From contig NW_021835434.1 of assembly GCF_006345805.1 (NCBI RefSeq), positions 1-51,778 on the forward strand: a stretch of DNA of 51,778 bases, written 5' to 3'. Numbering within the stretch: position 1 is the stretch's first letter; the number at the start of each line of letters is the position of its first letter. Shown piece by piece: positions 1 to 11,542 of this stretch. A program made the translations under genes and the position numbers. Origin of the DNA: Octopus sinensis (lineage: Eukaryota). The notes under the pieces are model-generated. The model searched no databases. It was not told where the DNA came from and worked only from the letters and a program-made list of their open reading frames with translations.

Positions 1-23
1 TGATGATGATGATGATGATGATG

Positions 24-240
24 TATGTATATGTGTGTATATGTTTGTGTTTCTGTGTTTGTCCCCCCAACATCGCTTGATAACCGATGCTGGTGTATTC
101 ACATCCCCGTAACTTAGTGGTTTGGCAAAAGAGACTGATAGAATAAGTACTAGGCTTACACAGAATAAGTCCTAGAGGTGGTGCTCCAGCATGGCCACAG
201 TCAATGACTGAAAAGAAGTAAAAGAGTAAAAGAGTAAGAG
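24..240 (+). mobile_element. SINE family A (tRNA head/CORE-like, central microsatellite), 3' half
   Basis: GTCCCCCCAACATCGCTTGATAACCGATGCTGG...GTGCTCCAGCATGGCCACAGTCAATGACTGAAA followed by an AAAGAGT tail; matches the 3' half of the full copy at 7626-8030. Confidence 0.8.
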
Positions 241-242
241 TA

Positions 243-276
<34 letters not shown>

Positions 277-377
277 TATAATTCAGATAATGTGGGTGAA
301 ATTAATTAATTTAGAAAAATCATTAATTTCACCATGTAGTTTCGGCATGTAAAAGCCCCATTTGAGGAAAGTTTAAG

Positions 378-609
378 TATACTAAGTAATTAAGGGTTTA
401 GCAACGATTGCCTCACCACACACCGAATTTAGAAATAGCAGTCAAAGAGTTATAGCTATTCCTTTCTACTAAAAGGGAGATCTCAGTAAAACCACAGCAC
501 TTGAGATCTCCCTTTTAGTAGAAAGGAATAGCTATAACTCTTTGACTGCTATTTCTAATTCGGTGTGTGGTGAGGCAAATCGTTGCTAAACCCTTAATTA
601 CTTAGTATA
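378..609. repeat. Foldback palindrome with 108-bp arms and a 16-nt loop
   Basis: 378-485 is the reverse complement of 502-609 except for two single-T homopolymer indels. Confidence 0.95.
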
Positions 610-841
610 TATATATATATATTATATATATATATATATATATAATATATAATATACCGGTGTAAGCACATAAATGTGAAACAAGGAGAAAAAAAGAGTA
701 CTCAGATAACAGAGGTAGAGTAATATGCTTTATTTAAAGCAGCAGCAATATAACAAAGCTGTTACTCAGAGTTTCGTACATATATATGTATGTATGTATG
801 ATATATATATAAGTTCCCTTAACTAAGTTCCCTTTGTAAAG

Positions 842-991
842 TGGTTATCCAGCTGTAGAAACCATACAAAAGCAAACACACAACCTGATGGATTCCTCTG
901 GCTCCTCTGTTCTTCTCAAACAATCCAACCCATACCATCATGGAGAAAAAAAAAAGGACGTGAAATTGTGATGATGATGATGGGGATAATA

Positions 992-1052
<61 letters not shown>
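842..1052 (+). mobile_element. Degenerate RTE 3' tail ending in (ATG)n
   Basis: ATCCAGCTGTAGAAAC...ATCCAACCCAT...GGACGT then (ATG)n; same tail as the RTE LINE end at about 16700-16840. Confidence 0.65.
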
Positions 1053-1724
1053 CGGTAATGATATATGAATTTGTGTGTATGTGTAAATAAATAGATAGAT
1101 GGACAAATGGCCAGTGGGGCTGCTAGATGGTCAGATACGAAGTGCTCTTCACAAACATGTATGCCTAGCTTCAGTCCAGCTTGGGTAAACATTCTATCTC
1201 GTAACTTTGAATCGTAGATACTACATCTTTCATGATAGCTACCTTAAGTACCCAGCTTGTATGTGTACATGTGTGTATGAGGTGTTTGTACATGTATGTG
1301 TGTGTACGTGTGTGTGGAAAATATAAGTTTATGTTTTGCTGGTGTTGTTGTAGTTTAGCTTCTGCCCAGCTCTCTTATTGAACAGATCAACAACCAAAGC
1401 TATTTTAGTAATCTTGGTGCACTAAAATTATTGCTTTGGGTACAAGATACTGTGACAAAAACGATGAAAAGGGAAAAAAAAGAGCCGAATTTTGTTGGAT
1501 GTTCCATCTTATGACCCTTTCTTGACCTGTTACAGCTGTTAAAACTATACTGCAAATATTGATTTCAAATTTTGGTTCAAGGCCAGCAAGATCAGAGAAG
1601 GAGTAAGCCTTTTATATCAACCTCAGTGCATAACTGGTTCTCATTTTATTGGCTCCTGAAAAGATGAAAGGCAAAGTCAAGCTTGGTGGAATTTGAACTC
1701 AAGACATAAAGACAGATGAAATAC

Positions 1725-1957
1725 CTATTTCTTTACTACCCACAAGGGGCTACACACAGAGGGGACAAACAAGGACAGACAAACAGATTAAGTCGATTAT
1801 ATCGACCCCAGTGCGTAACTGGTACTTAATTTATCGACCCCGAAAGGATGAAAGGCAAAGTCGACCTCAGCGGAATTTGAACTCAGAACGTAGCAGCAGA
1901 TGAAATACTGTTAAGCATTTTTCCCGGCGTGCTAACGTTTCTGCCAGCTCGCTGCCT
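1725..1957 (-). mobile_element. SINE family B (tRNA-derived head), full length; a degenerate partial copy lies at about 1575-1720
   Basis: Reverse strand AGGCAGCGAGCTGGCAGAAACGTTAGC...GAGTTCAAATTCC (B-box-like)...GCCTTTCATCCTTTCGGGGTCGATAAATTAAGTACCAG; many homologous copies in the window. Confidence 0.85.
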
Positions 1958-2104
1958 TGGTAATGAAGAATATTTGTATTTGTTTTGAATCTTCCAGGCT
2001 GAGCTGCTACTTTTTCTCATTGAGGGATCACAGCTTTGATATTACAGACATGCGATTAAAATGTCACGGCAAAGAATCCCAAGATGGATTTTTCTTCAAG
2101 CCAC

Positions 2105-2310
2105 ACCAATTGGCAGGAGACCCAGGGTTAGACCAAAGAATGAGTTGGCTGGATGGTATCAATAGTCTCAGTTGGTCATTCTTGGGAACTCAGCCAGAAA
2201 GTGTAATGACGGTTGCTTCTGATGGGACTCTATGGAAAAAGTGACTAAGGACTCAAATTCCTATGACACTCCAAGAAATAGTGGGCGAAAGAGAAGGATG
2301 GAAGGATAGA
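2105..2310 (+). mobile_element. Decayed RTE/BovB-like LINE C-terminal fragment
   Basis: Translates with frameshifts to RRPRVR/QRMSWLDGINS...MTLQEIVGEREGWK, resembling the RTE-BovB end RGRQRMRWLDGIT...LQEIVKDREAW. Confidence 0.55.
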
Positions 2311-2688
2311 TGGATCTTCCATTCCACTGCCATTCTATAAAATATTATATTACTGTGAAGATAATGGTATTTTCTTTTGAATGGAAAAACCAAAACATGA
2401 TATTTGTGAGATGACAGGATATTAGGAATCAACTTGAATCCAACACCCAATATCCTTATTAAGTTATCCAAACCATGTATAGAATTATGTAAAAATGAGT
2501 TGTCATTTAATTTCTTAACTTCTTTGACTGCAATTGAGGGAGAATCATTATGAGATGACATTATTATCCTTTCATATTCAAAACATGAATCATATATGTA
2601 TGGATCGCAATTTTCTTAGCCTCTTATAATTTTCATCTATGTGCAGTCTAGCTTGTGCACAATATTTTCACATCTTCAATATTGTCTT

Positions 2689-3110
<422 letters not shown>

Positions 3111-3574
3111 AACAAAGTTATTTTATTTCACATGGATAAAAATATAGGAAAAATAGAAGTTGGAAATGCACTGAAAAGAGTTAAAATGTATTATTATTAT
3201 ATTATTATTATTATTATTATTATATTATTATTATTATTATTATTATTATCATTATATTATTATTTATATATAGTAGGACTGTCATTGATTAGGTCATATA
3301 TATATATATGTGTCTATTTACTAATTATATACTATATATTTATTATTTCATACTTTATTTAGTTCTAGGTAAATGTTTTATCGTATCTTTAATTTGTTTC
3401 TATATGATATGATTTAAGCATATCAATGTTGAATTGAATTGCTTCATGGTGGTTCTTTTCTAATTTATACACATCATGTATATATATATGTATGTATATG
3501 GTATAATTGCCTATATATATGAATGTAAAGGTGAAATCTAGAATATACCCATTATCGTAATCATCATCATCATT

Positions 3575-3780
3575 ACCACCATTCACTGTCCATTTTCTGT
3601 GCTGGCATGGGTTGTGGGTTGGACAGTTCTACAGGAACTGGCAAGTCAGAAGACTACACTGAGCTCTTCTGTCTGCTTCAGCATAGTTTCTACATCGTTT
3701 GGATGCCCTTCCTAATGCCAATCACTTTAGAGTGTGCGAACGAGTGCTTTTTTATGTGGCACAAGTAGCAGTGAAGGCCC
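3575..3780 (-). mobile_element. RTE 3' tail fragment
   Basis: TGGATGCCCTTCCTAATGCCAA and GCATGGGTTG...GGACAGTT, the reverse complement of the RTE tail. Confidence 0.7.
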
Positions 3781-4234
3781 CAAGTGATTTGCAGCAAGAC
3801 AAAGACCCCTCAATTGTGGTGGGTGCTGGTGGAAGGGAGTAGCACTGAAGGCCTGAAAAAGGTGTTTTGCAGTAGAGGAGAAACACAGCTTCCTCAGGTG
3901 GAGAGAGAGAGAGAAAAAAGAGAAGATGGGGAAGATGAGACAGTGAGATCAGGAATTTGAAAGAGGAGAGTGAGAGATGGAGGGGAAGGGGGAATGTAGG
4001 GAATGGAGAACAGGTGGAAGGAAGAGGTATTAGGAAGAAGTGATGTGGGGAAGACATATTATGTCCAGGCTGGTATGTGAGGGAGAGTGGAGGAGAATAC
4101 AGCAAGTGGCGAACATGGATGGAGGAAGGGGGAGGTAATAGGAAGATGGATTATTGGTAAGTGGTTCGTCAGGGGACAGATTGTGTGCAGGGATATGGAT
4201 ATAAAGATATAAAGGACATGCCTTTATGGATTCA

Positions 4235-4810
4235 ATTTTACTTAGCTGGACTGGTCTTCTTGAGCAGAGCAAATAGTCAGTTGTCTTGGTCCTTTGTCAT
4301 CTCTGCTGAGAGGGTCAACCTCTGAAGATCATTTTTTAGTACTGTCTCCCCATGTCTTCCTAGGTCTTCCACTTGTACAGATTCCCCCCTATATTCAGTG
4401 ACCAGTAGTTCTTTAAGCAGCTGTCCTCGTCCATATGCATCACATAACCATACCAATGCAGTCTCCTCCCTCATCCACATAACATCCAATGCTTCTTATG
4501 TCCAGTTTTTCTCTCTACACGTTTATGTTTTGTCATACATGCACACTGACATTGCATAACCAAGGGAACATTGTGAGTTCATTACTTTCAACCATTCACA
4601 TGTCCTCCTCAGTCACAGCTCATGTTTCACTGCCATGCAGCACAGCTGTCCATGCATAGACATTATGTAATCTGTCTTTCACTCTGAGTGTGAGACCCTT
4701 TGTTAATCAGCAAAGGCAACAACTCTCTAATCTTTGTCCAGCCAGCTCTTATTCTAGCAACTAGAATATTATCCTGGTGACATTGTAATTCAGGTGTGGA
4801 GGGCAAATCA
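4235..4810 (-). mobile_element. Decayed RTE LINE 3' ORF fragment
   Basis: Minus-strand peptides VARIRAGWTKIRELLPLL, REKLDIRSI, GRPRKTW and VLKNDLQRLTLSAEMTKD match the same regions of the RTE copy at 15130-16250. Confidence 0.8.
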
Positions 4811-4839
4811 ACATGATGGTGAGATTACTTACTCATGCT

Positions 4840-5050
4840 AAACTGACTGATGATGAATTGACTGACAAACGAATTGACTGACAAACAAATTGAATGATGA
4901 GGAATTGACTGACAAACGAATTGACTGACAAACAAATTGACTGATGAGGAATTGACTGACAAACGAATTGACTGACAAACAAATTGACTGATGAGGAATT
5001 GACTGATGATGAATTGACTGACAAACAGATTGACTGACAAACAAAATGAC
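4840..5050. repeat. Minisatellite with a 47-bp higher-order unit (16+16+15 bp subunits sharing the core AATTGACTGA)
   Basis: TGACTGATGAGG recurs at 4938 and 4985. Confidence 0.9.
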
Positions 5051-6084
5051 TGATGGTGAGTTGTACTAGACCATATTTAGAAAGACAAAGAGGAAGAGAA
5101 AGAAGAAAGAGTAAGAGAGAGAAAGAGAGAGGGGAAAGAAAAAGAGAGGGAGAGAAAGAAAAAGAGAGAGAGGGGAGAAAGAAGGAGAGAGAGAGAGCAT
5201 TGGATGGGTTGGTGCATAATTCCAACACAGTATATATAGATACATGCATGCTTGTTTAGTGTGTGTTGGAATTGAAACTGTCTCTTTGAGGTTAAAAGTT
5301 CACTTGTAGCACCATCACTACAAGTGATTCAGTTTGATCGTATGCATGACGCGGAGTTCTATAAATAAGCATGAAAAGAACAAAAGACACAGCTCAGTGA
5401 ATTTATCTCAACTAATAGAATCCAGTTAAGTTGGTTTCAACTTTTAACACTCAAATTCTTTGCTCCATTCATTTTTCTTTGTGATCAGGAGATTTTGTTT
5501 CTTGCTTTTTTTCTATATATATATTGTTTTTTTTTTTTGGAAATATTATACGTACATACACACACACACATACACACACACTGACTTCACACTTATAGAA
5601 CAAGAGCAAATAAAGAAAAAATAGACAACAGCAAATAAAAGACATGTAAATCACTGAACTGTGACATGCAATTGTCACAAGCAATGAATCATGTTAGAAA
5701 TGCTTTTATAAATATTATAAAGCATTGTAAAAACTCAAAAGATTTGTCCTTTGAAATCATGAAAAAACCTTTCAAACACACACACAAACACACAAACACA
5801 CAAATACACGCGCATGCATGCATGCACACAGACACACAACACACACACACACGTACACACTCACACATGCACACACATGCACACACACACACACACACAT
5901 ACACACACACACACGTACACACACACACACCACTTGTTAACAAATATTTCTGTCACAGATTTAGTTTCTCAAATTATGATATCATAACTTGCTTCCTCCA
6001 TATGTCATAGATTTTACTGACCAGCATCTGTTGATGTCAACATTTTATTCTGTTTTTTAAATGTAATTTAGAAATAAATATTAT

Positions 6085-6265
6085 CTTTTACTTGTTTCAG
6101 TCATTGTACTGTGGCCATGCTGGGTTTGAATGGTTTGAATCAAATTATTCCCAGTCTTTATTTTTGTTCTATTCTATCAACCCCTTATGCTGAACCACTA
6201 CGTTACAGGAACATAAACAAACCAACACCAGTTGTCATGCAGTGGTGGGAGAATAGACACACACA
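6085..6265 (-). mobile_element. SINE family A, 3' half
   Basis: CTTTTACTTGTTTCAGTCATT...GGCCATGCTGG, the reverse complement of the family tail. Confidence 0.75.
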
Positions 6266-6429
6266 ATCACATATATACACAAATGAACACACATATACAC
6301 ATGCACATACATACACATGCATGCACACACCCATACATATCTTCTATATATTCTAGGTAAATATATCTTTTCTGCACATATACAAGTATATATATATAGA
6401 TGTATAGTTCAAATTTATAGTAAACAAAA

Positions 6430-7060
6430 GACAAAGACAGGTGTAGGAACTACATGAAGCAAGTTTATTAGTTTAACACTTGGGAAGAATGGAAAAGTCT
6501 TTTACATTTCAAGCCAATGCTCTTTGACAGAAAGGAATAGGAGGTAAAAAGAGAGAGAATTTTAAAAATCGGAGAGAGAAGAAAAAGTTTTGTAGGGATT
6601 AACGGTTCAACATGATGAAAAAGCCAGAAGGAAAAGATATAAGCAAATTGATTTTGATCAGTGAATTCAAGAACAACAATAAAAATAAAAGTCAAATGGA
6701 TGTAGACTGTGACCATATTAATTTGATGCTCCGTGAAAGCTTTAGGTGAAAAATTAAGAGTACAGATATAACATTTTGAGCATGGATGTTTGTTGGATAG
6801 TGAAATAAAGTCCAGAGAAGAGGGAAAGGTGGAAGAGATGGATAGTCTGGAGAAAAGCATATGATCAGAAAAATAACTGACCAGAAATTGGATAGAGAAA
6901 AAAATATTGTGATTTTGAAAGCAGAAGAAAGATGGACTACCAGACATATCATAAACTAATCCAATCTGGTCTATGTAATTTTGATATATATATAAGACAC
7001 TGGTTATGCTTGTTGTAGGGTTGGTTATCTCCCTTGTGTTTTTCTCTCTCTTTTTCAACA
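6430..7060. mobile_element. Possible decayed Penelope-like element remnant
   Basis: Degenerate hammerhead-like unit at about 6490-6535 (reverse strand CTGTCAAAGAGCATTGGCTTGAAATGTA) homologous to 21050-21090; weak + strand peptide NIVILKAEE similar to the PLE motif IIIKPADKG. Confidence 0.3.
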
Positions 7061-7625
7061 TGTTCATTCTCATTCAAATGACAACTGCTTTGAACACAAT
7101 AAACAAATTTCTTTGTTTTTAACAGCTTGATAAATGGTGAAATAAATTAATATTTTCACCAGGAAACCCTGGATAACTGTATTTCCCAAGATTTGAGGAT
7201 TATTATGATAATAAAATTACACATCCCTGTTTCTCTTCATCTCTCAGTCTGCTCCCTCGCTCATTGCAATCTTTACTCCTTTCTTATCTTCTTATCATCT
7301 CCATATCTCAATCACTCTGGCTTATTGACTCTCAATTTTTCATTCTTTTTCGCTTTTTTCTGTACTTTATCTGTGACTCAGTGCTCAGATGTAGTGTTTT
7401 GGATCTTCAGTACAGAAAGAGCAAAAGCTAATCTTTTCTGATGAATATTAAATTATTCTTCCATTCTAGAAATAATTTTTAAATACAAAAGCATTCAGCA
7501 ATGCAAAATTGGTTGTTATGAGACTGTATAGATAACATAACCACTCTTTTAGCTGATATTTGAATTTGCTCTTTGAGCAGTATATGTGTATACTTTGCCA
7601 ATCTATATTCACAAAGAACTTATAA

Positions 7626-8030
7626 GTAGGCACAGGAGTGGCTGTGTGGTAAGTAGCTTGCTTACCAACCACATGGTTCCAGGTTCATTCCCACTGTGTG
7701 GCACCTTGGGCAAGTGTCTTCTACATCCTCGGGCCGACCAAAGCCTTGTGAGTGGATTTGGTAGACGGAAACTGAAAGAAGCCCATCGTATATATATGTA
7801 TATATATGTATGTGTGTGTGTGTTTATTTGTTCGTGTTTGTCCCCCCCCCCAACATCACTTGACAACCGACAGTAGTATGTTTACATCCCCATAACTTAG
7901 TGGTTCGGCAAAAGAGACCGATAGAATAAGTACTAGGCTTACAAAGAATAAGTCCCAGGGTCGATTTGGTCGACTAAAGGTGGTGCTCCAGCATGGCCAC
8001 AGTCGATTGACTGAAACAAGTAAAAGAGAG
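7626..8030 (+). mobile_element. SINE family A, full length
   Basis: A-box-like TGGCTGTGTGG, B-box-like GGTTCATTCC, CORE-like CCTTGGGCAAGTGTCTT, central (TA/TG)n, tail GAAACAAGTAAAAGAG. Confidence 0.9.
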
Positions 8031-8084
8031 TAAATATTTGCAACAAACTGAAAAAAATCAGTGATGCTCCCTTGTTGCTCTCAC

Positions 8085-8160
8085 CATGAGAAACACCAAG
8101 AACCTGCATTTGATTCAATGGAACCATGGAACCAACAGCACTATTATTCACCAGTTGTGA
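8085..8160 (-). CDS. Candidate internal exon, minus strand (SQLVNNSAVGSMVPLNQMQVLGVSH-G)
   Basis: Acceptor TTTTATTTACTATCAG, donor ATG|GTGAGA, open in phase 0 to 1; no family recognised. Confidence 0.25.
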
Positions 8161-8209
8161 CTGATAGTAAATAAAAGACTGAGCGTAATTTATTGTTGTC
8201 TCTTTCTAG

Positions 8210-8244
8210 GAAAGAGACTTGCTCGTTCTCACACTGTCATTAAA
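8210..8244 (+). CDS. Candidate exon of unidentified + strand gene (x-KRLARSHTVIK)
   Basis: Acceptor TTTATTGTTGTCTCTTTCTAG, donor AAA|GTATGT, phase 1 to 0, compatible with the next candidate exon. Confidence 0.4.
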
Positions 8245-8817
8245 GTATGTCAGCCAGTCTATTGTACTGAGACCACCACTCGTAAGAATAGTTGCTCCAC
8301 AAGTCAACAAAAGTTAACTCTACGAGGCCACATAACCTGCAAAACCTAACAAAAATTAAACCTCCCACAAATCATACTGTACTGTTTTAAGAAAGTAGCA
8401 CATGTTGGATAATGTATTTCTAGATACCCTTGGTCTATTCTGTTAAAGTTGACCTGGGAACTTTGAAGTTTGAGTTTGTGCAGTGAAATTTGAGCTGATG
8501 TGGAAGCCTTTTTCAATGTTGCTTGACCAACTAGAAATGGATGCACTCTCAAATTGCATTCTACCATTTAGGATGCATTAGATTCATTATGCCTAACCAA
8601 AAGACAAGATGGTTATGACTGGAATAAACATCAGCAATAAGATCAAGGAGGAAATATTTCAGAGGAGACTTCTACATATACTAATCAGATGATAAATCTA
8701 TGTTCAAAAAGTTTATGTTTATCCGTTTGTGTTGATGTAACATTTATTTGGTGGTAATTCTTTTGGTAAAGCAGTGAGGTAGCAGAATTGTTAGCATGCT
8801 GGACAAAATACTCAACA

Positions 8818-9008
8818 GTTTTGAATTAATCATGCATTATCTTGTAGCTTTGAGATTTCAATGATGTGATTGCTCATTTTTAGCAATGATGTGATTGCAG
8901 GGTAGGTATGAGAGACCAGATCTGTACAGTTTTAACATAAAACAGGTAGAACATTTGGATCAGATATGACTAGTTTAAGCACTGAAAGGTCAAGGGTAAG
9001 AATTACTC
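8818..9008 (+). mobile_element. piggyBac-type MITE, partial copy; inverted partner of 9856-10042
   Basis: Body matches the about 225-bp MITE family; shares private variants and flank with the inverted copy. Confidence 0.75.
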
Positions 9009-9344
9009 TTTTGTCTCTTTACTTTCAGAGTTCAAACGCCACAGAATTCAGCTTTTTATCACAGAATTTTATCACTTTGGGCTTGATAAAATAAAATACC
9101 AGACAAGTCCTGGGGTGGTTGATGTAAACATCTTGACCCTCAATACCTCAAAATTGTTTACCATAAACCCTGCTCTGGAGTAGTGCCCCATTCATGGGGA
9201 ATGTGATCTTGGCCAATTAAACATCATAGAAACAGGATAACCATCAGTATGAGTCCAAGAGTGGAGGAAAAAATATGTTTTGGTTGTTTCACATGTCTGA
9301 TAAAAAATTGCATAGTTCTTGAAAAGTCTTTAACTGTCCCATAA

Positions 9345-9558
9345 ATATTGGTTTCAAATTTTGGGGTCAGGAAGTTCAAGGGAAGGAAAAAGTCAATAAC
9401 ATTAGCCCCAGTGTTCAAATGACACTTTTTTTACCAACCCCAAAAGGATGAAAGTCAAAGTGGACCTTAGTGGAATTTGAACTCAGAGCCTGTAAATGGA
9501 TGAAATGCTGCTTAGCATTTTGCCCAGCATGCTAATGACTCTGTCAGCTCACCACCTT
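9345..9558 (-). mobile_element. SINE family B
   Basis: AAAGGATGAAAGTCAAAGTGGACCT...GGAATTTGAACTCAG...GCTAATGACTCTGTCAGCTC. Confidence 0.8.
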
Positions 9559-9864
9559 AAGTGTACCATAAATATTACAGAGTTTAATGGTTGTAAATAA
9601 AACATGTAGTATCATCCCATTTTAGCCTGCTATTACAGAAAGTTTCTTTTAGTATATCCAATGTTGCTTTTCTTTTGTGCCAGAGGCAAAGGAGGTTTAG
9701 AAAACATGGCTTCTATAAAACTGTCTAAAATATAAGATAGAAAACTGAAAAATTTTGATTTACTGATAATTAATTGATGCAAATTCTCTCTAGGATTATG
9801 TAAAGTCTAAAAACATCAAGCAGCTTATTAATTTAGAGAAATATTTTATAGTTTGGAGTAGTTC

Positions 9865-10716
9865 TTACCCTTGACCTTTTAGTGCTTAAACTAGTCATAT
9901 CTGGTCCAAATGTTCTACCTGTTTTATGTTAAAACTGGACAGATCTGGTCTCTCATACCCACCCTGCAAAGTCATTCTAAAAATAAGTAATCACATCATT
10001 GAAACCTCAAAGCTACAAGATAATGCGTGATTAATTCAAAACAATGTGACTAAATAAGCATTGCATTTGACAGAATAATCCAAATGCTACAGGGTTGAAT
10101 TGGCCTTATCTGGTCCAAATGTACTACCTGTTTTATGTTAAAACTGGACAGATCTGGTCTCTCATACCTACCCTGTGATGTCATTCTAAAAATAAGCAAT
10201 CACATCATTGAAATTTCAAAGCTACAAGATAATGCGTGATTAATTCAAAACAATGTGACTAAATAAGCATTGCATTTGACAGAATAATCCAAATGCTACA
10301 GGGTTGAATTGGCCTTATCTGGTCCAAATGTACTACCTGTTTTATGTTAAAACTGGACAGATCTGGTCTCTCATACCTACCCTGTGATGTCATTCTAAAA
10401 ATAAGCAATCACATCATTGAAACCTCAAAGCTACAAGATAATGCGTGATTAATTCAAAACAATGTGAATAAATAAGCATTGCATTTGATAGAATAATCCG
10501 AATGCTAAATGGTTAAGTTGGCGATATCTGGTCCAAATGTACTGTTTTATGTTAAAGCTAGCCAAATATATTCTCTCATACCTACCCTGTGATGTCATTC
10601 TAAGAATAAACAATCACATCATCAAAATCTATGAGGTAATGCATTATTAAATCAAAGCAATGTGAATAAATAAACATCATATTTGACAGAGTAATCTGAA
10701 TGCTGTGAAGGGTTAA
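9865..10716 (-). repeat. Tandem array of four 209-bp units derived from a piggyBac-type MITE
   Basis: TATCTGGTCCAAATG at 9898, 10107, 10316 and 10525; array ends in TIR-like AATGCTGTGAAGGGTTAA. Confidence 0.9.
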
Positions 10717-11054
10717 AACCAAATTGGTGATGACAGTCAAGTTGACACAGAAAACTAACAAAATGAGGTTAACAGTAAGTGTGAGAAAAACTCAGAAAAA
10801 TGACAACCAACTTTTGCTTAAAAGACAATAAGAACATCAAAAAAGCGTTGGTTGAACCTCAAACGCTGAAAAATTCCCACACGAACTTACAAACACAAAA
10901 TGTGAAGTAAAAAGAAATTTTACTTGAAAATACTTTGAATCACAACAAAGCAACACAGAAAACTGCCATTTTACTCTGGAGATAAAAAGATTCATAAACA
11001 ATAATACCTGGAGTTAAGGTGATGCAAACGAACAACAGCACCAACAACAATAAC

Positions 11055-11086
<32 letters not shown>

Positions 11087-11542
11087 ACAGCCAATACAAT
11101 GAAGGGGCGTTTAATCACTAGTTTGACCTACAAAATATAGCAGCTAAATGTCCCACAAATCACATACTTCTGTCTTAAAAAGCGAAGAACTACACTGGAT
11201 AATGTTTTCCTAGATAACCCTAAAAAAAGACGAAACAAACATGATTGGCATGGTTGGAATGCTTTTGATAAAAAAATAAAGAAAATCTGTTCAATAAAAT
11301 TTGAGTTGCACTGAAAACAATGGCCGCGACACAAAAACAACAACAGTTTCATGGACAAATGGGACAGTTCCAACATGGTTGTTCAAGCTGCTAGAAATGG
11401 AAGCCAAATCTCCTTCAAATCACACCTGTCATAATTTTAAAGATAAAATGTAGGGACAAGTACAAAAAAACAGGATGGGGATGGGCAGAATCCCTTAGAT
11501 CCTATGTATATATTTTGATGTGAGACTTTAGTTTAGATCATT

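Noticed and set aside
6468-7073. 201-aa minus-strand ORF
   Set aside because: F/S/I-rich composition typical of the antisense of purine-rich repeat DNA; runs through a repeat unit; no domain recognised.
7626-7720. tRNA gene calls at SINE heads
   Set aside because: A/B boxes are present but there is no cloverleaf, and they continue into SINE bodies.
8062-8166. + strand reading HHEKHQEPAFDSMEPWNQQHYYSPVVTD as an exon upstream of 8210
   Set aside because: Needs an A-rich acceptor and a 43-nt intron; it is also antisense to another candidate exon.
11140-11312. Protein-like frame KKRRTTLDNVFLDNPKKRRNKHDWHGWNAFD
   Set aside because: The DNA matches a dispersed repeat seen elsewhere in the window (CAAATCACA..., CATGGTTGGAATGC, the inverse of GCATTCCAACCATG at about 44200).
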